Part shown: in pieces, positions 9,623 to 16,454 of the stretch
Layout: each line of letters starts with the position of its first letter
Numbering within the stretch: the first letter of the stretch is position 1
Assembly (NCBI GenBank): GCA_963775895.1
Contig: CAVZKL010000024.1
Location: 1-16,454 of the forward strand
Origin: Candidatus Bathyarchaeota archaeon
GTDB lineage: Archaea; Thermoproteota; Bathyarchaeia; Bathyarchaeales; Bathycorpusculaceae
Direction of reading: 5' to 3'
Length of the DNA stretch: 16,454 nucleotides
Position numbers and translations under genes: made by a program
Notes under the pieces: generated by a model
Seen by the model: only the letters and a program-made list of their open reading frames with translations
Database searches by the model: none
What the model was told of the DNA's origin: nothing

Positions 9623-11500
9623 TTACGCGTTCTTCTTCAGATGCTTTTCAATCTCGTGTTCCGCGTTGTCGGCTTTGATGAAGATGGGCACGTTTTCCAT
9701 CCCTGTGGCTATGTAGCTTGAGAGCAGCCATTCACCCGGAGCGAATTCCAAAGTCTTTTCAAGAATGTTCTTGTCTATCATGAACGTGTCGCTGACCAAT
9801 TGCCGATCGTAAGGCCGCGGCAGAGTTCCGACAAAGTACGTGTGTATCTGCTGCAGGGCGTTCGTGTTCAAATAAGCAATACGCTGTGTGGCTACGCACG
9901 CGCCTAAACCGTATTTTCTTCCCTGTCTCAGCAGGGTTTCAACTTGGGCGGAACACTTGGCTTCTATCCCTGAGGCGCCGCTCGGGATGAACTCCTGTGC
10001 TTCGTCGAACACGAGCAGGATGCATGGTTTGACTTTGAACTTGTGTTTTCTGTGAGCCAGCAGGTCCTGTGTGAGGTTTATCACCAGGTCCTTTATCGTG
10101 TACGGGTCGGAGATCGATATGCAGACGAGGTTTGTTGTCTGGTCGTCGAGCAGTTCGCGTATCTGTTCAACCGTCAACCCGCTTGTCCCTCGAGTCTGTC
10201 TGTCACGGTTGCGTTTGATGGTGTCAAGGACAAGGCTTCTCGTCGTTGCCCACCCGTAGAGGCCGCTCTTGTCGTGTACTTTGAACTGTTCAACGGCTTC
10301 GCAGGAAACCGCGTCGACGTGACTGACGAAATCCTCGGTCACTTCTTCGTTCTCGCCCACACCGTGCTGGTCCATGTAGTCGCGAATCGCGTCGCGTATC
10401 TTGTCTATGGCGTTCATGTAATGCGGTTTGTCTGTTGAAGAGCTTCTCTGTGCATCGAGTTCGTCCATGAACTGGCCGAAGGTTGGAACTAGCTGCCTGG
10501 GTTTTATGAAGTGAGACAACTTCTTCTGGTCCATTATCGCTTTCAACCCAGCTTTCGTGCGCGCGTCGTTCTCGTACTCATTGGGTTTTACGACGGAATC
10601 GAAGAATTGTTGCACTGAGTCTATTCTGTTTTCGAGAATGACTTTTGCCTTAACGTTCGGGTCAGCCAAAACGTCTAGCAACAAGAAGGCGTACTCACAG
10701 CTTATGTCGAAGACGACGACTTTCGGATTCTCCGTGTGTAACAGGAGCCTTCGCAGTATGTTTGACATGAGGTTGCTCTTGCCGCCGCCGGTGAAGGCAA
10801 ACACGCCGAAGTGATAGCGCACGAGTTTTTCGAAATCGACGTATATCGGTATGGCGGTTTTGCTTGCTTCGAACATTTTGATCAGACCGAGTCTCGGGTC
10901 GGCTTTGGCATCCTCCACGGTTTTGGAAGTGTCGGCGCCGAGTTTCTCCGCGATTTTCTGGTTGTAGATGCGGTTGATCATCTCGCTGTTGAGGACGTAG
11001 CATGGACCGCCGACGACGGGGTAGGAGAAGCCTTTGGCAAACTTGAAGTCGGAGTGCTTGTCCAAAATCAAATCGTAGTTTATCGGTATGGCGTCTATCT
11101 GGATCATCATCGTCGTCTTGTCGTTCGTGCCCCAGTCCTCTTCTGACTGTTCAATTATCTCGAATTGCATGGGGTAATAGCCGTGATCGGAGAGACCGCG
11201 CAAGCCGAAGTGTTCGGGCCAGATTCGGCTTATCTCCATGAGAGTGTACCTTTCAGAACCCTCTTCGATCTGTTTGAAATTTCTGACGGCTACGAGCATG
11301 CCTTCCTCCAGCAGGGCCATCAGGTCTTTCTGGTACTCAACCTTGACTCGGCACTGGTATCTTGCACCTGTTCCAGCCAGTTTGGTTTCTTCCGCCACTG
11401 CGAAGAATCTGGGAATGACCGCTGCAAGGCGTGCGTTGAAACGCCCATCGAAGTTCGTGAAACACGTGTGGTTAAACTTGGTCTCTTCTTGCTGCTTCAA
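9623..11500 (-). CDS. herA: HerA/FtsK-family ATPase (DUF87, HerA-like)
   Basis: Walker A variant HFGVFAFTGGGKS, VVVFD, Walker B LLVFDEAQ, arginine-finger region LRQGRKYG, Q sensor ATQR, PGEW. N-terminal region compatible with a HAS barrel. Directly downstream of NurA. Start uncertain. Confidence 0.88.
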   Translation of the reverse strand: MKQQEETKFNHTCFTNFDGRFNARLAAVIPRFFAVAEETKLAGTGARYQCRVKVEYQKDLMALLEEGMLVAVRNFKQIEEGSERYTLMEISRIWPEHFGLRGLSDHGYYPMQFEIIEQSEEDWGTNDKTTMMIQIDAIPINYDLILDKHSDFKFAKGFSYPVVGGPCYVLNSEMINRIYNQKIAEKLGADTSKTVEDAKADPRLGLIKMFEASKTAIPIYVDFEKLVRYHFGVFAFTGGGKSNLMSNILRRLLLHTENPKVVVFDISCEYAFLLLDVLADPNVKAKVILENRIDSVQQFFDSVVKPNEYENDARTKAGLKAIMDQKKLSHFIKPRQLVPTFGQFMDELDAQRSSSTDKPHYMNAIDKIRDAIRDYMDQHGVGENEEVTEDFVSHVDAVSCEAVEQFKVHDKSGLYGWATTRSLVLDTIKRNRDRQTRGTSGLTVEQIRELLDDQTTNLVCISISDPYTIKDLVINLTQDLLAHRKHKFKVKPCILLVFDEAQEFIPSGASGIEAKCSAQVETLLRQGRKYGLGACVATQRIAYLNTNALQQIHTYFVGTLPRPYDRQLVSDTFMIDKNILEKTLEFAPGEWLLSSYIATGMENVPIFIKADNAEHEIEKHLKKNA

Positions 11501-13396
11501 TTGAAGCTCTCCTTTCCCTGAAAGTGCTCATATAGAATATGAACCTTCTCAATTTATGATTGTTGAGGATCCAGTCGGCGGTCGTGTCTACGACGAGTTT
11601 GAATTGGCTGTAGTTCCATTTTGCGATTTTGTCGGCTATGAAAAGAGGTTTGTTGTGTCCAAAAGCCTCAGGGATGCTTGCGGGTGACATCGCGACGAGC
11701 ATCGTCATTATCACGTCCTGAAGCTTGTTCGGCACATCCTTGTCCTTGAAGAGGATCACTTCAACGGGTTCTATTGCACCGCCGAACTCGCTCTGAAACG
11801 ATACCAGGTTTTCTGGTTTATAGTCGAATTCTGGATAGGCGAGGCGATCCACAAAAAGAACGTTGCTTCGGAGAACAGGGTCTGATTTTGCCTGGCTGAG
11901 TTGAATGTACGTTTTGATGTAGGTCTTTTCGAGTCCTATCCTGTTCTTGATGGCGCCCGACACGAAGCCTTTGCGGTTCTGCAGGTCGGGTATCATCGTT
12001 CGGAAAGCCGAATCGTACTCTACCAGACTCCAAGGCGGCACGATTTCTTCAGGGTTCAATATGCTCGTCGACTGGAGTATCATGCGGTCGGTGTTTGGGA
12101 GTTTCTCGAAATCCACTTTTGACAAAGAAGTCTTGAGGAGTCCTTCATTGTGCATTATTGGGACAAGTTGACGCTTGAAGTCTCTGGCCGCGGTGTCCTT
12201 TGTCATCCCGATCAGCAGGATGTGTTTTTTCCAGCATTCCTCCATGAGCATGTCCAGCGTGAAAAGCGTGAGAAAAGCGATGTCGATCGTTGTCAGCCAA
12301 TGCTCCTTTCCGCCTTTGACAATTTTCATAACGGTTGATGTTTCTGGGGATTCGTTGGAGCAGAAGAATCTGTCACCCAGAATCGGTGACGAGTCTCTTG
12401 ACGCGTTCAGGAACGTCTTGATATCTTGGGTTGAGTTCGTAGAGGCCATCTTTCTTTTCCACGAGGATCTGGGAGTCCAAGGTGCGTTTCAGGCTGCGTT
12501 TGACCCGCCGCGATCTTTTCTCATCAGTGATGTTCAGTCCTTCAAGTATCTGGTCTTCGCTGAGAGGCCCTTTTTCCTTCACCAGCCGTATTATCGCGTG
12601 TCCTAAGTAGTCGCCTCTTGGAGGGGGCAAGCCTAATGCTTCGTTGCAAACGTATTGTCTTGCGATCGTCAGATCGTTAATGTCCAGCGGTTCCTCATCG
12701 TCCAGTTTGTATCCGATCAAGCTGCATCTGGTTTTCCAGAGGTCGCGTTTCGCCGTGTCATAAATCAGGCTCGCACGCTCAACCGAGAGACTTCTGTCCA
12801 AGAGGATTATGCGAGTTTGCTGTTTTGGATCAACGGCAAGTTTGTAAGCCAGGTAGTACTCGGCAAAGGTCATTATCCAGTTTGCAATCGTCGCGTTATC
12901 AATGATGGATTGGTCGGTGAGCGGCCTGTTCGGGTTGACTTCGCCGGATTTTTCTCCTTCGTAGAATGCTTGGTCAACCTCGGGGATTTCGTTGACATAA
13001 ATGGGCACGACACTCGAGATACCCGCGGCCTGCTGGAGTGTTTTCATGTCGTAAGTGACGTCTGGAGGCTCTTTCTCCTTGAAGGTTATTGTTCCCGTTG
13101 ACGCGTAGGCGCCGCCGAAGAATATGACGAGGTCAAAGAGCGGTCGAGAGTACATCGTGCCGTCTACACCCGCAAACCGGACGGTTGGACGTTCCGAAAA
13201 ACTCTTTCACGGTGTCGTATGCCTTTCGAGGGTCGAAACCCGCTCTGATGAAGTTTGAGAGTAAATCATCGTAGAGGTTTTTGAGTGATGAGAACCGATT
13301 TTCGTAGTCTGAAACCTGGGCTGACGCTCCTCGTCTGAGCACGTCGCTCGTTCTTCGTATGGTTCCGCTCAACGATGACATGAAAATCTGGCTCAC
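11472..13396 (-). CDS. nurA: NurA-family nuclease, long form (~640 aa), split by two single-base insertions
   Basis: Removing one C near 13183 and one C near 12385 joins ORFs 13133-13396, 12373-13155 and 11472-12449. This restores the NurA motifs RFAGVDGT, IILLDRSL, LIGMTKD and GHNKPLFIADKIAK. Confidence 0.82.
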
Positions 13397-13599
13397 TTTG
13401 GTCGGATAGTAGGTTGCTTGAGGGTAAAAGCATTATCGACTAGCGCGATTTCACATGTCAAGTCGTGTCTGAGCGTTTTGCCTCAAAAGTGTGATGATTG
13501 AAGCATCATCTTACGGAAGCTTTGGTGATGCTCATGATTGAGTGGCTTCTTGTGTAGGGTGGACTGTAGATTGAATATGAAATCGTGCGACATAAGATA

Positions 13600-13606
13600 T
13601 TTATAA
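13600..13606 (+). promoter_or_regulatory. TATA box of first pilin gene
   Basis: TTTATAA preceded by purine-rich ATAAGA; predicted start site about 13628-13632; SD GGAGGTGA at 13743-13750, 9 nt before ATG 13760. Confidence 0.65.
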
Positions 13607-13629
13607 CCAAGTGCACAAGTGTTTGCAGT

Positions 13630-13724
13630 GATGAGTTGGCAAAACAGTACCCGCGACAACGAATCCTAGCCACAGCCTTCAGACCAACATCTGAAAAGAG
13701 CCGTCACGAAGCCGCCGACTCGTC
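13630..13724 (+). ncRNA. Candidate structured 5' leader RNA of pilin A
   Basis: GATGAGTTGGC (13630-13640) pairs with GCCGACTCGTC (13714-13724): 11 bp including two G-U pairs. Internal hairpin TTCAGA-CCAACA-TCTGAA (13678-13695). Confidence 0.4.
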
Positions 13725-13759
13725 TGGGAGCCCATGTCAGTAGGAGGTGAAAGCGAGCA

Positions 13760-14374
13760 ATGATCAAAGTTCTCAAGAACCGACGTGCACTCAGCACGGT
13801 CGTAACGACACTCATAATCCTAGTCGTAGCAGTCCTTCTGGCAACCGTCGTAACGTACTTCGCAATCAACGTCGTAAGCACAAGAGTGCAAGAAGAAAAC
13901 CTGAGCGTGGTCAGGCAACACATTTGGAACAACGCCACCGGCATCCTAGGATCACCGTCATATTGCCTAGCATCCCTCGTGGTGACCAACACGGGCGGAA
14001 GAGACGTTGTGATCAACCAAATCGCCGTCAGAGGCCAAGCTTGTCCATGGAACGACACGGCAGGCGCGACTGATAAGTTCATCCTATACACTACCACTGA
14101 AAACCCCATATCCGATGACCTCAGCTACACGCCCAACTTCAACTTCACAGGAAGCACCATCATCAACTACGTGATGATCGGAGCGACACAGTACAACTTC
14201 ACCGTGGCCACGAAGCCATTGATCTTGAAGTCGGGTGACACGATTCTGATGTACGTGGTAAACCCGGACAGCGTATCAGTGAACGACGTAGGATTAACAG
14301 TAGGCATCACGATACATTCAGCCCAAGCGATATACTACCGAGAAACCAACGTACAAGCAGTATCCTCTTCTTAA
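13760..14374 (+). CDS. Archaeal type IV pilin-like protein A (204 aa)
   Basis: Class III signal peptide MIKVLKNRRA|LSTVVTTLIILVVAVLLATVVTYF (basic-basic-A cleavage site followed by a hydrophobic helix). Beta-rich head; four N-glycosylation sequons (NAT, NDT, NFT x2); two Cys. Confidence 0.85.
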   Translation: MIKVLKNRRALSTVVTTLIILVVAVLLATVVTYFAINVVSTRVQEENLSVVRQHIWNNATGILGSPSYCLASLVVTNTGGRDVVINQIAVRGQACPWNDTAGATDKFILYTTTENPISDDLSYTPNFNFTGSTIINYVMIGATQYNFTVATKPLILKSGDTILMYVVNPDSVSVNDVGLTVGITIHSAQAIYYRETNVQAVSSS

Positions 14375-14387
14375 AAACTCTCCTACA

Positions 14388-14409
14388 TTTTTTATTACAT
14401 CCATTTTTT
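14388..14409 (+). terminator. Oligo-T terminator after pilin A
   Basis: Two T6 runs 14-35 nt after the stop codon. Confidence 0.5.
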
Positions 14410-14436
14410 CGTTGTAAAAGCATTATTCATCAATCG

Positions 14437-14650
14437 TATGTGTATCTCTGTTCTACACACAAATTCACATATCCAAAAATGCCGTTAGTCGTTGTTCGAG
14501 GAAATAAAAATGAAAAACATACTAAAGAATCGTAAGGCTTTGAGCACAGTTGTCACAACGCTGATCATACTCGTCGTTTCAGTGCTATTAGCCGGAGTCG
14601 TAACCTACTTCGCAATCAACGTAACAAGCACAAGAGTACAAGAAGAAAGC
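14437..14650 (+). repeat. Shared pilin 5' block, copy 1 (~73-nt upstream element + first 47 codons)
   Basis: Near-identical to 15250-15464 (+) and ~15835-16048 (-). Contains TGTGTA-N9-TACACA. Confidence 0.92.
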
Positions 14651-15050
14651 TTGCAACCTGCGCGATCAGCACGTTTGGTACAATACAGCGGCAGGGGAAG
14701 GAGCAGAGGCAGCCATGAGCATAACGAATACTGGTGGTAGAGATGTTGTGATAAGCAAGATCGCGGTTCGTGGACAAACGTGTGCTTTGGCAACAAATGT
14801 GTATACTGTTGTTACTAGTCCTCTCCCCACGGAAGATCTTACATACGTTCCAGTCGCTGACTTGGCAAATGCGACATTTGTCGCTGCGCCTGCTGCTGGA
14901 TTGACTCTGAAGTCTGGAGCAACAATGCTCGTCTACATCAGGTCACCGGACAGCATTACAGTCAATGACGTAGGCTTGACAGTCGCAATATCAGTATTCA
15001 CGGCGCAAGCAACGTACTACAAAGAAACCAACATCAACGCAGTCAGCTAA
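14510..15050 (+). CDS. Archaeal type IV pilin-like protein B (~179 aa), one frameshift near 14654
   Basis: MKNILKNRKA|LSTVVTTLIILVV. Deleting one base near 14654 joins it in frame through NLRDQHVWY to ORF 14715-15050 (TNTGGRDVV, IAVRGQ, PDSITVNDVGLTV, YYKETNINAVS). Paralog of pilin A. Confidence 0.85.
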
Positions 15051-15057
15051 ATCAGAG

Positions 15058-15081
15058 TTTCTCTTTTTCTTTTTTTTTTTT
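15058..15081 (+). terminator. Oligo-T terminator after pilin B
   Basis: Long T-rich run starting 8 nt after TAA. Confidence 0.7.
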
Positions 15082-15249
15082 CATGTTTTTTAAGGTTCTC
15101 CACCATTTGTTGCGTATCTACAATCCGCGTGGATTCATTCTGGGGTGGTCTCCTACACGCATGTATACGTTTCGCACAGGCACATGTCTATCTACGTTTC
15201 CTATTTGCACGAGTTGTTTGTCATGTGCGCGTCTCCAGATCGTACGTGC

Positions 15250-15464
15250 TATGTGTATCTGTGTTCTACACACAAATTGACATATCCAAAAATGCCTTTA
15301 GTCGTTGGTCGAGGAAATATGAAATGAGAAACATACTAAAGAATCGTAAGGCTTTGAGCACAGTTGTCACAACGCTGATCATCCTCGTCGTTTCAGTGCT
15401 ATTAGCCGGAGTCGTAACCTACTTCGCAATCAACGTAACCAGCACAAGAGTACAAGAAGAAAGC
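15250..15464 (+). repeat. Shared pilin 5' block, copy 2
   Basis: Only 3 differences from copy 1 over the 141 coding nt, plus a few in the upstream element. Confidence 0.92.
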
Positions 15465-15653
15465 CTCAACCTGCCATATCAGCACGTATGGTACAGCACC
15501 GCTGACCAAATGGCAGAGGCAGCCATAATGATAACCAACACAGGCGGCAGAGACGTTGTCTTACAAAACATCGCAGTCCGGGGACAGACAGTTCCAGTAG
15601 GCGATTATTTTTTTCTACTTAAGGTAACAACATTAGGCGACCTGACATATGTT
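15324..15653 (+). CDS. Archaeal type IV pilin-like protein C, 5' part only (truncated at the inversion centre)
   Basis: MRNILKNRKA|LSTVV...QHVWY...TNTGGRDVV...IAVRGQ...GDLTYV. Homology to pilins A/B stops at DLTYV; the ORF continuation to 15833 is antisense read-through of the mirrored copy. Confidence 0.8.
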
Positions 15654-15974
15654 CACCAAAAGACAGGGGCACTCTTGATTAAACACAACCCTCGCCACTG
15701 GAACGGTCTGTCCTTCGGCGCGATATTTTGCAAGACAACTTTCTACATGCTACGACTGTGTTGGTTATCATCAGGGCTGCCTCTGCCATTTGGTCAGCGG
15801 TGCTGTACCATACGTGCTGATATTGCAGGTTGAGGCTTTCTTGTTGTACTCTTGTGCTGGTTACGTTGATTGCAAAGTAGGTTACGACTCCGGCAATAGC
15901 ACTGAAACGACGAGTATGATCAGCGTTGTGACAACTGTGCTCAAAGCCTTACGATTCCTTAGTATGCTTCTCAT
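15649..15974 (-). pseudogene. Pilin 5' part on the - strand (mirror of pilin C), with indels
   Basis: MRSILRNRKALSTVVTTLIILVVSVL, then a 1-nt deletion, then AGVVTYFAINVTSTRVQQESLNLQYQHVWYSTADQMAEAALMITNT. Degenerates toward the centre. Confidence 0.7.
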
Positions 15975-16247
15975 TTTATATTTCCTCGACCAACGACTAA
16001 AGGCATTTTCGGATAAGTCAATTTGTGTGTAGAACACAGCTACACATAGTACGCACGGTCTGGAGATGTGTACATGACAAACAACTCGCTAAATAGGGAA
16101 CGTAGATCGACACGTGCCTACGCAAAACGTAAAAATCCGTCCAGGAGACCACCGCAGAATGAATCCAAAAGGATTTTAGATATGCGACAAATGGTGGCAA
16201 ACCTTAAAAACATGAAAAAGAAAAAAAAGAAAAAGAGAAACTCTGAT

Positions 16248-16454
16248 TTAACTGACTGCGTTGACGTTGGTTTCTTGTGTACGTTGCTGTGCAGTGAACA
16301 CTGACATTGCGATTGTCAAGCCTACGTCATTAACTGTAACGCTGTCGGTGACGTGATTAAACGACCGTGGTTGCACCAGATTTCAGGGTCAATCCAACAG
16401 TCGGAGCGGAAGCGTAATATGTCGCATTCGACGGAAGCCAAGCCAATGGAATGA
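16248..16454 (-). pseudogene. Pilin 3' part on the - strand (mirror of pilin B C-terminus), runs off the window end, with indels
   Basis: IPLAWLPSNATYYASAPTVGLTLKSGATTVV / DSVTVNDVGLTIAMSVFTA / ETNVNAVS* with several 1-nt deletions; followed by an oligo-T tract at 16215-16240 (- strand). Confidence 0.7.

Larger units (their letters stand above)
14843..16454. repeat. Long imperfect inverted repeat (~800-bp arms) centred at 15648/15649
   Basis: Landmarks are symmetric: ATG 15324 with CAT ending 15974, stop 15050 with stop 16248, poly-T 15058-15081 with poly-A 16215-16240. The centre is the palindrome ACATATGT (15645-15652). Confidence 0.92.

Noticed and set aside
4231-13101. Numerous 60-160 aa ORFs overlapping the radical SAM, por, GNAT, herA and nurA genes
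   Set aside because: Antisense or alternate-frame shadows of well-supported genes with no independent motifs.
12373-13200. Programmed ribosomal frameshifting or a genuinely split NurA
   Set aside because: Both breaks are single doubled C's without a slippery heptamer, and similar indels hit unrelated genes in the window.
13628-13694. Box C/D guide sRNA
   Set aside because: Box C (GTGATGA) and box D (CTGA) are at plausible spacing, but I find no convincing C'/D' boxes, and both words are engaged in alternative helices. Kept only as a note under the leader finding.
15129-15833. 234-aa ORF as a single real protein
   Set aside because: The 65-aa N-terminal extension is intergenic spacer ahead of the SD and ATG at 15324, and the tail after ~15653 is antisense read-through of the mirrored pilin.
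14437-16048. CRISPR array, IS element or diversity-generating retroelement behind the repeats
   Set aside because: The repeats are gene-sized pilin paralog blocks. There is no repeat-spacer periodicity, transposase or reverse transcriptase, and differences between copies are not restricted to adenines.
16068-16304. 78-aa ORF with a poly-lysine tract
   Set aside because: The Lys run is the reverse complement of the oligo-T terminator in the mirrored spacer.

Overview
Archaeal chromosomal segment. The archaeal assignment rests on TATA-box promoters, class III signal peptides, a porGDAB operon and NurA/HerA; Bathyarchaeia is my best guess and is unverified. Gene order: DUF985 cupin, small membrane protein, VOC/glyoxalase, MFS transporter, tRNA-Asn(GTT), ComB-family phosphatase, a Grs/Gms-like radical SAM protein (candidate GDGT lipid modifier), four-subunit pyruvate/2-oxoacid:ferredoxin oxidoreductase operon, GNAT acetyltransferase, a long NurA plus HerA pair without adjacent mre11/rad50, and an array of paralogous archaeal type IV pilin genes. 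The pilin array is the most unusual part. The first pilin has a TATA box, a structured ~130-nt leader and a strong SD. The later copies share a near-identical 5' block containing a palindromic operator-like site, fused to diverged head domains. The last ~800 bp are an imperfect mirror image of the preceding ~800 bp, centred on an ACATATGT palindrome inside a pilin gene. This is either a fold-back/chimera artefact (the leading explanation) or an invertible pilin cassette. Single-base indels break several ordinary genes (VOC, MFS, NurA, pilin B), so the sequence is probably an unpolished long-read product and frameshifts should not be read as biology without read support.
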